DNA of 64,000 nt, taken from NCBI RefSeq assembly GCF_006345805.1, contig NC_043004.1, positions 53,568,001 to 53,632,000 of the forward strand. The letters run 5' to 3'. Position 1 is the first letter of the stretch. Each line of letters begins with the position of its first letter. A program made the translations under genes and the position numbers. Positions 40,837 to 54,591 of the stretch are shown one piece after another. The DNA comes from Octopus sinensis (Eukaryota). The notes beneath the pieces were generated by a model. The model saw nothing but the letters and a program-made list of their open reading frames with translations, made no database searches and had not been told where the DNA came from.

Positions 40837-41319
40837 CTTAAATTTCAACGAGAGTTAATCAGATCCACATCTATATAGATGTATAGATTCAGGGTAGAGT
40901 AATTTTTAAAAACATCTGAAAAAGATAAACGATGAGAATAATTAAACCTCTAGTGGTAATATCAGGATAATTACACAACGTAACAATTTTCAAAAAAAAA
41001 GAAATTTGTGTGTATGTGCGTTTGTGTTTGTGTGAGAGAGAGAGGATGCTGAAAAGTTTGTGGCCTTAGGTCAAAGAAAATACAGGAGAATGAGTTAATT
41101 ATGATTTTATTCAACATGTCCCCACCTCTCATTCAGACACTTATTTCAACGCTTCTTTAATTTTCCTAAAGCCTGTAAAGGAACTTTGTGGGTTGGACCT
41201 CGAAACAGGCTTTTCGCGATGGCGTTAAAGTTAGCAACTTTTCAACATCACTAGTATATTGAATAAATCGCTAGCCACTAGATATTTTCTATTTTCTCTC
41301 CCTGTTTATTTCTGTGTTC

Positions 41320-41355
41320 CTTTCTGTTGAAGAGCGTAGGCTCGAAATATAAAAG
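41320..41355 (+). ncRNA. Minimal hammerhead-like motif, A6U variant, inside pLTR 41265-41450
   Basis: CTTT-CTGTTGA-A-GAGC-GTAG-GCTC-GAAA-TA-TA-AAAG. The stem III palindrome is ATAT. Confidence 0.6.
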
Positions 41356-41457
41356 TCTTTCTCAATTCCCGAGCGTTAAACTAATACATCTGTTTGTTGT
41401 TTACACATTCGTCTTCGTTTTTCGTTTTTTTTTTGTAAATTCTCACTATATATATGC

Positions 41458-41515
<58 letters not shown>

Positions 41516-41556
41516 ATATATACATGTACGTATATATGTGAGTATATATATATATG

Positions 41557-41611
<55 letters not shown>

Positions 41612-41628
41612 TGTGTGTGTGTGTGTGT

Positions 41629-41930
41629 GGAGGCGCAATGGCCCAGTGCTTAGAGTAGCGGACTTGCGGTCGTAGGATTGCTGTTTCGATTCCCAGACCG
41701 GGCGTTGTGAGTATTTATTGAGCGAAAATACCTAAAGCTCCACGTGTCTTCGGCAGGGGATGGTGGCGATCCCTGCGGTACTCTTTCGCCACAGCTGTCT
41801 TCACTCTTTCTTCTGTTGGCCTGCCCGCCTAGCCAGCGGGGTGGCATCATTCGGAGGCTAAAGCAATGCGAACGCATTGTGACCAGCGATGTGTAGCAAC
41901 ATCTGATGTTCTGGTCGGTCACGTGATCAA
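41629..41930 (+). mobile_element. SINE family C with an RTE-like 3' tail
   Basis: Family C head. Tail TGTGACCAGCGATGT..CTGATGTTCTGGTCGGTCACGTGA. Confidence 0.85.
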
Positions 41931-41960
41931 TAACGTGATATAATAATAATAATAATAATA

Positions 41961-42014
<54 letters not shown>

Positions 42015-43014
42015 ATACATAAATACATATATATGTATATTATGTATATATGAAAAAATATATATATATATAAACACATATACATATATATATGTGTTTA
42101 CATACATACATGCATACATACGTAAATACGTACATGGACATATAGAGACAGAAATCTAATACCTAAGCTGAGAAAATGAGAGACAGGGAGAGAAACACGG
42201 AGAGAGAGAAAGACAGATACAGAAGCAGAGAGAGACATAGAAAGAGAATGAGCATAAATGAAATACATACGTATCACATTTTTATGCTTCTCTGAAGGTC
42301 TGCATAAAAATAAAACCACATTATTTCTATTTTTCTCTTAGCGTATGTTTTACGAAATACCAAATACTCATAAATCATTGTAACACCCAATGAAGATCAA
42401 ATGGAACTATTTGACATAATATGGCTAGAATTTGACGTAACCGTATAAAAAGTGGGTTACTACTGTGGTCATAAATTGGCATTCAATCATTTTTTATAAT
42501 TTCTTTTGCACGGTCGTATTATTGTTTTATACATCTAGAAGCATTCGAATATATGCGTGTGTGTATCTGTCTATGTAGCTATATGTACATATATATATAT
42601 ATATGTATGTGTATGAGTGTGTATATGTGTGTGTGTGTGTGTGTTTGAACTCGTCCGTCTGTTTTTGTGAGCGGGTGTATATTAGTGCTCCTGCCTAGGT
42701 CTGTGTATAAAACAATAAATATATGCGCTATTAATTTTACAACTATATCTAGTTCAAACATAGTTTTTGGCCTCACTGTGGCAATAAATCCGATCATATT
42801 TATAAGGAAGTGCGACTTGGCTGATTTTATAATCTTTAAAAATTGCACACCACTAATGAGGTGAAACTTTTAACGAAAATAACGATCATAATGTCAGTGA
42901 ATATATTTTAGCCTCACTGTACTGTAGGTGCTCCAGTTAATTCAGTCTTACTTTTAACATTGTATATTGCTTTGCAAAGTATAGACGACTGTATCATGCT
43001 CCCGTTAATATTCT

Positions 43015-43430
43015 CTATATATAGTTAGAAATAAGGTGGTGATCTAGCAGAAACGTTAGCACGCCGGACGAAATGCTTAGCGGTATTTCGTCTGTCTTTA
43101 CGTTCTGAGTTCAAATTCCGCCGAGATCGGCTTTGCCTTTCATCCTTTCGGTGTCGTTAAATTAAGTACCAGTTATGCACTGGGATCGATATATTCGACT
43201 TAATCCGTTTGTCTGTCCTTGTTTGTTCCTCTCCGCGTTTAGCCCCTTGTGGGTAGTAAAGAAATAGGTATTTCGTCTGTCTTTACGTTCTAAGTTCAAC
43301 TTCGGCTGAGGTCGACTTTGCATTTCATCTTTACAGGGTCGACAAATTAAGTACCAGTTGTGTACTGGTGTCGATCTAATCGACTGGCCTCATCCCCAAA
43401 AATTTTGGGCCTTGTGCCTAGAGTAGAAAA
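43015..43430 (+). mobile_element. SINE family B dimer
   Basis: A full copy is joined at GTAAAGAAATA|GGTATTTCGTCTG to a 5'-truncated copy with a different tail. Confidence 0.85.
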
Positions 43431-43559
43431 GTATATATAGTAAGAGGACACTAGGATTCAATAAGCTAATCTACACTTCGATTTTAATGAATATTCAACA
43501 GCCCATTATTCAATTTAACCGGTTCTCTGTAGACGCTGAGAGTACTTTTTGTTTCTGGA

Positions 43560-43940
43560 TGAAATTTCTTTTACAAAGCGTATCTGTGGGGTAAGAAATT
43601 TAATTTCCAGCCAGAAGCTTTCAGGTTCAGACCCACCGTATTTCAACTTAATCAGCTGTATTAACCACAACCGTGCGAAATGCTTGTGAGTGGATTTGAT
43701 AGACAGACACTGAAAGAAGGCAATCATATATAAGTCTGCGTATGTGTGTGTGCGTGTGTCTGTGTGTGTATGTGTGACTGTTTCTGTGTGTGTGTGTGTG
43801 TTTTCCGCACCATCGCTTAGCAACCGGTGTTAGTTTGTTTATGTTCTCATAACCTTAGTGGTTCGGCAAAAAAGTGACAGAATAAGTACTAGGCGTGAGA
43901 AAGATGTACTGGGATCGATTTCTACGACAAAATCCTTCAA
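43560..43940 (+). mobile_element. SINE family A, degenerate
   Basis: CTTGTGAGTGGATTTG..ACTGAAAGAAG and GGTTCGGCAAAAAAG..GAATAAGTACT motifs. Confidence 0.65.
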
Positions 43941-44628
43941 GGATTCAAGGATTACACATAAATGTATATGCACACACAATTATACACATACGATTAGATA
44001 TACGTGTACATGCACATATTATATACCCATGCATACCGGCGTACAGTTTCTCGATCCAATGACATTTCAGATCCTACATAGGTAATGTTCTAAGGATGGT
44101 GTGTATATAAAATAAGAACTCAAATGAGTGAATGTTCGTTACAGCCGTTTCCGATGTGATTTTTACTGAAGAACAATTTGATTATTCCATGGAATAAAAA
44201 AGCATTTCCTTTAGGTGAATCAAAAATTTAAAAATCGTTTCGGAAAGAAAATACGAAGATATGGAATATGGATTTACCCTCTGACTTCGGCAACAATGAA
44301 GAGGGTCACTTTTCAATTTTTAATTCACCTGAAGAAAACTTGTTATTCTTTCATGATTTAATTAAATTATTCACCAATAAAATAAACGCGTTTGAAACAG
44401 TTGTAAGTGACCATTAACTCTTGTGTGTTCCCGTACAGACACACAAACTCTCTCTCTCCCTCTCATACACAAATACACACACACAGGTAAAAACAAGAAT
44501 TTAGAGAGAAAACTAGTTATCAGCAAGCATAAGGTGCAAACGACACAACGTGAATTCAATCACACTCAGGTTCTATGTTAATGATTTCGAGAAAAAATTG
44601 TAATAATGCATTTACTTTTCGTTTCCCT

Positions 44629-44695
<67 letters not shown>

Positions 44696-45699
44696 CGCTC
44701 TCTATCTTCATATATATCTCCGTGTCTCTCTCCCTCCCCGTCTCCCTTTTCTCTTCATTTCCCATTATACTATTTCAAATATGTATCGTTGTTGATCCTT
44801 ATAACTAATATTTTACTTCTCTCATTTTCTCTCCACCACTCACTCTTTCTCCCTATCTCTCTAGCTGAAACAACACCATGCATGAAAAACTGCATCCATG
44901 TTGTTTCTCATAGATAAACTGGAAGTGAATGCTACACTGAAGACCTACAGCTGTGATCGAATATGTATATGTGATTGCGATTTTATTATCTTTACTGACT
45001 CTACAACATAATAAATAGATTGATTACGATTCTACGTTTGAATATTTAATTTTATCAATCTGACATAGCTAAGCGTGAAATACTTTAAATAAATGGATAA
45101 CTAATATAGGGGAATGTATACAAATTCGGCTTTGCCCATACAGACAGACACACACAGATACACATACACTCATCAATATATATATTTCCATGTTTGTATA
45201 TATGTATGTGTATATATGTTTGTGTGTGTATAGTTATATATACAATCATGTATATGCATATATATTTACGTATGTATATATTCGCCTGTCTATAATATGT
45301 TTGTGTGTGTGTGTGTGTGTGCGTGCGTTTGTCTGTGTGCACCAATCTAAGAGTTAACTTCAGAGACTATTTAATGTCACGCAGTCATTCACACTCTATG
45401 TATAAGCGGACGATTTCTCTCTCCCTCTCTCCCTCTCTCTCTCCCCCTCTCTCTCTTCTTTATTGTGATCACAGTTGAAAAACCATCGATTTATCCTATA
45501 TAAATTGTATTTTACTTCTAGCCATCTTTTGTTTCAAACGATAGCTTGTTCACACTACCTTCCACTACTGGAATCTCTTTGGAATTATATACAAGCAATT
45601 ATACGTCCTAATAGACGAAGTTTATATTTTATGTATGATATATTTTGTGTATTATTCTTCCAAGAGTTTTACGTTTCAGTTCACTGGTCCCAAGAGTGC

Positions 45700-46720
45700 T
45701 TCATTTTTATTCTTGCATTTAGACTCGCAAATTGGCTTTTTTGATTTTGTTTTCGCTTTACTTCTTTTTTTACTGATTGTGCAAACAAAGTTTTCACTCT
45801 CTGGAATAACCCCAGGAAGGACTTTTGACAGTCACACATTTGAAACGATGGTGTACTCACTGACTTGTGCAGTGATTGTGCATGTTGTCTTCTAGAACAG
45901 ATGATGTGATATGCATGACGTGTCTTAATATTGGTCAAGTCCTCCGGGATGGCCACCATACCAAACACCTCTAACAAAGTGGATTAAGAGATGTCCCTTT
46001 CTATGTGGAAGCACTCCGTCGGTTACGACGACGAGGGTTCCGGTTGATACGAATCAACGGAACAGCCTGCTCGTGAAATTAACGTGTAAGTGGCTGAGCA
46101 CTCCACAGACACGAGTACCCTTAACGTAGTTCTCGGGGATATTCAGCCTGGCACAGAGAGTGACAAGGCCGGCCCTTTGAAATACAGGTACAACAGAAAC
46201 AGGAAGTAAGAGTGAGAGAAAGTTGTGGTGAAAGAGTACAGCAGGGATCACCACCATCCCCTGTCGGAGCCTCGTGGAGCTTTAGGTGTTTTCGCTCAAT
46301 AAACACTCACAACGCCGATCCTATGACCGCGAGTCCGCTGCCCTAACCACTGGGCCATTGCGCCTCCACTTTCTATAGTGGGTATGGCGAATGTGGGTGT
46401 ATGGTGAACAAGTTTGAAAGGCGTGAGAGCACATATCTTCCTCTTCGTTAAAGCCCTTCTCTTTACTGAAGCCCTTATGTTCCACTCAGGGAGGTAAGTG
46501 AGGAAATGCTATCTCCCAACAGCTTTGCCGAAAGATGGGTAGCTGTTGCAAAAATGGATTGTTTTAATGTAACTCGTCTAAGGATGCGTTGCGTGGGTTG
46601 GATAACAATATTTGGGTGAGGTTGCCTGACCTTGATGATCACGATGATCTTGGATTTGTGGGGTCATTCATTGTCTGAATTTGGAGACTCTTCTGCATCA
46701 GGAGGAAGATGCGATACATG
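45700..46720 (-). pseudogene. Old LINE RT remnant interrupted by a SINE
   Basis: Weak motifs LEVFG and GLFQ resembling the R4-type WI..CLEVFG and GIFQGD, heavily decayed. Confidence 0.35.
46010..46370 (-). mobile_element. SINE family C, long tail type
   Basis: Near-identical reverse complement of 55736-56120. Confidence 0.9.
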
Positions 46721-48285
46721 AATTGACGGATGAATTGTACTTGTAATTCAATGAAATCCATTTTTGTCACAATTTATGATGCTTATTCAACCCGGAAAAT
46801 TACGTAAGGGATGTACGCGTCTATGGAAGTTTCGGCCACTTACACGCTATCTCAAAGAACCATGGTTGTTTATTTGCTCAAACAACTAAACATAGTCGAA
46901 ATTAGTAGCTAAGGGCCATATTAATCCTATTCTTCGTAACGCAGCTTCAATTCAATGCATATATAATATACTGCTATAAAGACATATGGCAATACGTAGT
47001 TTTGTTAATATTCTACAATAACTGGGACGCCAACACGACCTATTATTGATCTCTACCTATTTTTCTTCTATGGAGCCAAAGAGATTTCCATACGCAGTAA
47101 TTCCAACTATCGGATACAGCAACTGAGCATCTTAAGGATATTATATAATTTATTGTGCAGATGTTCATATGCTATGTATGAATAAAATACAATTAGAATA
47201 TCTCTGAGGTCATTTTTTTTTACCCAGGTAGATACAACAAAACCATATTGGCTCTTGAAGAATCTTACGGCAAAGAAATATTGAATTTTAACACAGCGTG
47301 CGAAAGAAATTTTTCATCCACTACGTAACTGCTATTTCGCTTATGGAAAGATATAGAAGGGAAGTCAAATTTATTCATATTGTTGCTATTTGAACTCAGA
47401 GCGCCGAAGGAAACCCTAGAGGAAATTTAACCAGAGGACCAAGCACAAAATCAATTTGATACCATGTCTCGATTCTTCTAAAAACAAAAAAATAACAGAT
47501 GCAGAAATGATAATGGTTGAATGAAATAAGTAGAAAGAAAGACAAGTTAGTTATAGAGAGGAGTAGAAACTTAATCCCTTCTGCTCCTAATAAAGAAATG
47601 CGTAAAAACAACGAGCGAAAAGAAATTTAACAAAAGGGTTTAGAGAAGAATTTCAAAGTGATATAGACAAGTAGAGAGAAAGTGGTAGTGAATGAGTGTG
47701 GAAGGGAGGGAGTTATAGACGGATGGACAGAGGGACGAAGGCACAGACTGAAGGATAGAGAAGAGAAAATGAATGAGTGATAAGAAGTAAAAGAGCAGAA
47801 CATAGGTGAAGTGGGGAAGAGATGACTAGAGATACTAAGGAATTGAAGCGGTGATATTTTAAACAAGGAAAAATGCAGAGAAAACAAAAATGAGCAGAAC
47901 GTGTAAGAGATAGACAGACAGAGACGGAGACAAAAAGAAAGAGATGTAAAAGGGAGAAAAAATGAAGGATAATTAGAGAGATACAATATATCAAAGGTAG
48001 AAAACATGGATTTTGGAGAGAAAGAGGGAGAAAGAGACAGACAGACAGACACAGAGACAGAGACAGACAGACAGACAGATTGACAGGACAGAGATGCATT
48101 CAGGTTGAATAACAGAATATATATGAAGCAGATTATGACGTGTACAGAGAAGGAATGTTGTATTTCTGTCATTACTCGTGTCATCTGTTTCTGATGAATT
48201 TTGGTAACATCGTTAAAAAATTACCACAGCATGATCTCCAAAATGCCCCGAGTCTAATACAGCCAACATTATTATTATCATTATT

Positions 48286-48851
48286 GAGAGGGAGAGCAGT
48301 GCATGTCATCAAATTGACACTGGAGTAAGATATACGAAGCCCAATATACCCATCATGACTACCAGTCTAACAAGGGTACACCAGGCACATGCAATACAAA
48401 CTTACGTACGCGACATGATGAACTCATATCAAGATAAACAGCGTCTGACTTTGAAGGTAAGGTCCAGTTAGAATTTCCTATAGGTCGAGTAACCCATCTC
48501 ACTCAAAGGGTACCTGAATAAGATTTGTTTAAGGATAATGAACAAAACACCCGTGTTTCTAGAAGTGAATTATTCAAACCCCAAAGAAATCCTCTCAACA
48601 CGGGGCTTTCCCACTAGATCAGTAGGTAATCAGAGATGCACATACTGATAGTCATTAAGCGACATGCTCAACTGCTACGGTGAAACAGCTGACAAATAAA
48701 TATGTAGTATTGAGAAGAATATTTGCTGTAGCTCATCTTTTGTACCAAGACGAAACATGTATATGATAAAACTTCCAATCAGTTAAGATGAGAAGCCATG
48801 AGAAGCAGTGCCTGGTATTGCAACAGGGACTTTATTATTATTATTATTATT

Positions 48852-48884
<33 letters not shown>

Positions 48885-49388
48885 GCTGCTGCTGTTGAGT
48901 AAGAGAGCAGAGAATACCATCAAAGTGAAATTAAGGTAAAATATACGAAGCCCAGTATACCCATCATGACTACCCCTCCGATAAGGATACGCCACACACA
49001 TGCATCACAACCATATGCGAGCTACATGGTGATCTCATATCAAGATAAACACCGCATGACCTTGCAGGTGGGAGCCCAGTTAGAATTTCGTTCAGATCAA
49101 GTAGCCCATCATGCTCAAAGAGTCCTGAATAAGGGTTGTTTTAGCATGTTCAGCAAAACACCCATGTTTTCAGACGTGAATTATCAAAACCCCAAACAAT
49201 TCCTCTCAACACATGGCTATGATGCTCCCCAACTACTTCTACTCGTAATCAGCGATACACATATCATCAGCCACTAAGGGACCTGCTCAGCTGGTTAAGG
49301 TCAAACAACTGGTATTGAGCAGAATATTTGCTGTAGGCCATCTTTTATACCAAGACAAAACAATGTACATGATAACACTTCCAATCAG
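48286..49388 (-). mobile_element. Two tandem copies of a ~540-bp non-coding repeat with triplet-repeat tails (48286-48830, 48897-49388)
   Basis: Both contain ATATACGAAGCCCA.TATACCCATCATGACTACC..CTCATATCAAGATAAACA..CTTCCAATCAG and are bounded by (TTA)/(TTG) tracts. Confidence 0.8.
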
Positions 49389-49429
<41 letters not shown>

Positions 49430-52400
49430 CATTTATTCTTATTATTATTATCATTATTATTATTATTATTATTAGTTGTGTTGTATTGTTGTTGTTATTG
49501 TTATTGTTGTTATTTTTATTATTATTATTCTATGTTTGACTTTTGCTTTATATTTGTACAAGTTGGCTCCAAGTCTCACCCAGAGACCTCAAGAGACAAC
49601 AGGGTTGGAAGTTCATGTTGTTGTTATGCCTAGTGTGCCATATATTTGTGGGGGGGGATGTTGTACTAATGAATGTCTAAAAAAAAAAAGTTTTTTTTTT
49701 TTTTTTTTTTTAAATCGAAAATTATGGTTGTTTTAAACCTTGAGGTTACATAGAGAGTATTTTGCGTAGGATATGAGCAGTTCCCATGAGCACTATCTTT
49801 TGAACTTCTGCCATTTTTGGGTTTCCTGGTATCTGAGTTAGGTAGCTATCAGCCCCTTTTGCTATCATTCCCAGGGCACCTATGACAACAGGTATTGTTT
49901 TAGTCTTCAGCTTCCACATTTTGCTGATTTCTATTTCAAGATCTTTATATTTGCTCAGTTTTTGGTAGGTCCTGACAGATACGTTTATATCGATTGGGAC
50001 AGTCATATCAATGAGGAGGCATGTTCTTTGTTTGAAGTCTTTCAATATGATGTCTGGCCTATTTGCATCTATCTTCCTGTCAGTTTGAATGGTGAAGTTC
50101 CAGAGGAGTGAGATGTGGTCATTTTCAAGCACTGGGGGTGGTTTGTGTTCCCACCAGTTTTTTTCATGGGGCAAATCCAGGTTTTTACAGATTACCCAGT
50201 GAATATATTGTGCAGCTCTATCGTGCCTTGTTGAGATACTCTGTAGGCGCTAGAAGACTGCACTTGGAGACCACATGGTCAATGGTTTCATTTTGTTGCT
50301 TGCATACACGACACGTTGGACTGCTTCTGATCTTTAATATGTTGGCCTGGTAGTTTCTTGTTGGTAGGCATTGATCTTGAGCTGCTATGATAAACCCCTC
50401 TGTTTCAGATTTTAAGCCAGAGGCCATTAGCCATTGATGGGTCAGGGCTTTGTCGATATCTGCATTATTCGCTCTCTTTGGGTATTTGCCGTAGAGAGGT
50501 TTTTCTTGCCATTTATTATTCAGAATATCTAAGGCCGCAGTTTTGGCACGGGTTTTCATGCGCCTAGCTTTTTCTGTGCTTGTTTCTTGTATGTCTATCT
50601 CTAATTCCGAAATTGGTTGTATTCGGAATTCACTTAGATATTCCTTTGCCTGTTTTGTGACTGAGTATGATGCTTTCTTGTTTTTTCATGTTTTGAGACA
50701 AGTTTTAACATCCAGTCCTCAGAGTTTTTCAGGTAGGTGTCTAGGCCAATTGTAGCAATCTTCATTGTTATTGCCAGTTGCAAAAGACCACGGCCTCCCT
50801 CTTTTCTTGGCAGATAGAGTCGTTCTGTATCTGCCTTAGGGTGGTGCATTCTATGCATTGTCAACAGTTTCCTTATTTTTCTGTCGAGCTGACATATTTC
50901 AGTAATTGACCAGTTAACAATATTGAAACTGTAAGTCACGACTGGTATAGCTAATGCATTGATTGCTTCGATCCTGTTTCTTGCATTCAGCTCTGTCTTG
51001 AGTATTGCTCTCACTCTTCGATAGCATTCTCTCCTGATCCTTTCCTTCATCTCTGAATGCCTTATTCCGTTCCCTTCAATTACCCCTAGGTACTTGTAGC
51101 TCTCCGCTGGGTCTAGTTCTTTTATGACATTCTGTTGGTCAAGGTTAACGTTAGATGTTTCTGTCATTTTTCCTTTGATAAAGGTAGCCTTTGCACATTT
51201 ATCGAGGCCGAATTGCATTCTGATGTCGTCACTGAATTGTTTGACTATCGCTAGTAAGCCCTTGAGTTGTTGATCATTTTTTGCAAAAAGCTTTAAATCA
51301 TCCATGTAAACGAGATGATTTATATTTTTATCAAACATTTTATACCCGTACTGCGCGTCATTGAGCAGTTTTGAGAGAGGTATTAAGGATAAACAAAAGA
51401 GGAGTGGTGACAGTGAGTCACCCTGGAAAATGCCACACGAAATTTTTACATCACCAGCATTTAGGGATTCACTGTCACTGTTCAGAGTTAGTGTGGTTCT
51501 CCATGATCTCATACTTACAGTCAAGAAGTTTCGCAGAGTTGGTGCTATCTTATACATTTCAAGGCATTTCCTAATCCAGCTATGTGGTAGGCTATCAAAA
51601 GCCTTTTTATAGTCTATCCAGGCTATTGATAAGTTTTTGTGTCGTTTGTGACAATCTTCTAAGATCATCTTATTGATGAGTAGTTGGTCTTTACAGCCGT
51701 AGGATCCACGTTTACATCCTTTCTGTTCATTAGGGAATATGCTGCTGTCTGTTAAAAAACTATAGGTATATTCCGTCAGGACAGATGTTAGAGTTTTGTA
51801 CATAGTTGTTAAGCAGGTTATGGGTCTATAGTTTTTTGGTTCATTTGTTTCTTCACTTTTTGGAAGCAGGAATGTTAACCCATTAACTAGCCAAGGAGGC
51901 ATCCTACTAGGGTGTTGCAGAACATCATTGTACAGTTCTGTAAGCAGTTCATGGCTCTCTGGGAAGGCATTCAGCCAGAAGTTAGGAATTTTATCCTTTC
52001 CTGGAGACTTCCATTTGCTTGACCTCCTGAGAGCAGATCTTATATCTTCTACCTTGACACCCTCCCACTTTTGCTCTTCTAAGGGGTCCAGTTCTGTAGA
52101 TATTCTGTCAATCCAGGGGGCCTTTTCGTTTGTGTTTTTTCTTCTGCCCAGATTTTATTCCAAAATCTCTGCACTTCTTCTTTTGATGGTACAGACCCTG
52201 CAGTAAACGCTGTTTTTCCTATCTTCCTGTAAAAATTCTTGGTGTTATTTTTGAACATGTTGTTGTCCTTGAAAAATCTAACGCTTTTCATACCTCGCTA
52301 TGCGGGTAGCTTTGGCAGATACCTTTTGTTTGATGGTTTCTATGGTGGCATCAATATCAAGTATAGTTTTCATATTGTATTTTTTCAGTAATTTTTGGGT

Positions 52401-53700
52401 TTTTGTAGGTTTGGTAGTCTTGTGAGCCTTAAGGTTTTTCAAATATTCAATGTCAGATCTAAATACTTTAATTTGTTGTTGCAGACGCTCTTGCCAAGAA
52501 GGCTTTTTGTGGGACTGTTGCCGTTTTCTAATCTTTACACCACATAGGATCGTTGAGATTTTCGCGGATGCATAGTATAGGTGGTTGAGGTTTGTGATAT
52601 CAACATCATTAACTGAAATTATATCCTTAAGTGCAAGCCGGATTTTACCAATTATTTTCATGTTTTGGTTAGAGTTGCGGATTTTAGGAAGTGTATCACG
52701 CTCATCCATGCTGGTTTCTTTAATTTTCAGCCATTCAATCATGATTTGATTTTTTAGCTCATGTAGTTCTGTTGGGTCAATATTTGTGTGACTTTCTTTA
52801 TCTATTTGATGCTCATCTGTCTTAGTGTTTATGATTGGTTCAGGCGTATTTCACTTTGCCTATCACTTATACTAACTCTTTCAATCCTCTCTTCGTTTTT
52901 ATCCGCCCTGGGCTGGTCTATAATCATTTCCTCTGTATTATCTTCTCTAGCTGCAGCTTCGTTCATTTTATCCGATATTGCTTGTCTAACCTGATCAATC
53001 TCTACTTCAGTCAGTAATTTCTTTTTTATAATGTTTCTTCTAACATTGGCAAGCTTGTTACTGTCTATGTAGGGTCTTACTTCAGGGTGTTTCTGTCTCC
53101 AGTTTAAGTATGCTTGTACAGTGCTAGACTTATCTGTGGGGAAATATATGGCATGGTAGAAGGCTCGAGAACTTCTTTATTATCTTCCCTAGACCATTTT
53201 CCCTTCTTTTTCTTTTGATTATTTGGTGATGAGCATGGATGGCCATCTGTTGGAATATTCCGGTTGTGGGGTTCGTCCAGCTCCTGTGTGTTGGGAAGAT
53301 TTGATCCAGTAACTGATTTTTCAATCAGGATTTGGTTCAATTTTCGGGTACGTGGTCTTTTGTAATCCGCGCAATGACCAATGCGGTTTATTGTTTGATT
53401 TGTTGACCTTGAAGCATGACGAGCATCCATTCTTATATTAGGAGATGGATCTGTCAGTTTAGGGTTCACTACATGTAAGCATTGCTCATAGCGCCGCTTC
53501 TTAAGACTAGCAGATCTATATTCGTCTGTATTTTTTTTGTTGATAGTTTTATCTCCGGACATTTTTTTTTCCTCCTTTCCTCCTCTTCTTTCTTCAAGGC
53601 TTACTGTGTCTGTATTAGTTCGAAATAATGAGAATAAAATACGGAGAAGGAAACGAAAAGAAAGGGAAAAAGACGGGATCTGTCAGTTATTATTGTTATT
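49389..53700 (-). mobile_element. R4/Dong-clade non-LTR retrotransposon, near full length, frameshifted
   Basis: ORF pieces at 53104-53562 (KWSREDN Myb-like region), 50634-51902 (NYRPITCL, QKGC, DYKKAFDS, GIFQGDSLSP, YMDDLKL), 50218-50559 (CCHC) and 49746-50174 (RPDII..LIDM..KYKDL). (TAA)n tail at 49389-49540 and TAA-like repeats at the 5' side. Confidence 0.93.
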
Positions 53701-54473
53701 ACTATCATCTTCCCCACCATCACCATCATCAGCAACATCACCATCACCATCATCATCTTCAATGTGTAGCCACAGCCACCATCAACACTCCATTGTGTTG
53801 GAGAATGGGTGGTTAAAGAATTCATGTTCTTTGGGTCTATAAATAGCCACGGTAGATGGTGGAGACAAAGGACGTTAATGGTCAGTAAAAGGTCAAACCT
53901 GTTTACGTTTATTTATTTATCTATTTATTTTTTTTTTCCCGTTCTCTTTTCTTCTTCACCACATGCATATGTATATGTATATATATGTATATTCACTCAC
54001 ACATATTATCTGATGTTTTCGTCGAAGATTTTTTTTTTTCTTTTTTTTAAATAACTTTCTGAGTTCAATGTTACGTATATATTTTTAAATTTCTGAATTC
54101 AGTTGTATGTATATAGTAGTAGGTGCTTAATTCCATAACTTTTTATCGTGCATTTAATTGTGTTGTTACAATAAAAGGTAATTTAAAAGGCAATTTTACA
54201 CATTCTTATAGTCATGAGAGACGACTAAATGTAAATGTTCACACAGAATTGGAGATATTTATGTTTCTAATTTTTCTTGTTAGGTGTACGTTTGTATGAG
54301 CTGTAGATATGTAAGTTTTTTTTTTTTTTACTTATTTTGAGGGTAATTCAAATTACTTACAGAAAACAGTAGATCTTCCAGTTTTCTACAGTTGACCTGC
54401 TGGGTTCGCTGTTGCCAGTTCAGAGCATCGTAAAAATACGTCCATCCTCTGTCACGTCCAGCCGCCTTCTTCC

Positions 54474-54510
<37 letters not shown>

Positions 54511-54559
54511 CATCATTATTATTATTATTATATAATTATTATTATTGTTGTTATTGTTA

Positions 54560-54591
<32 letters not shown>

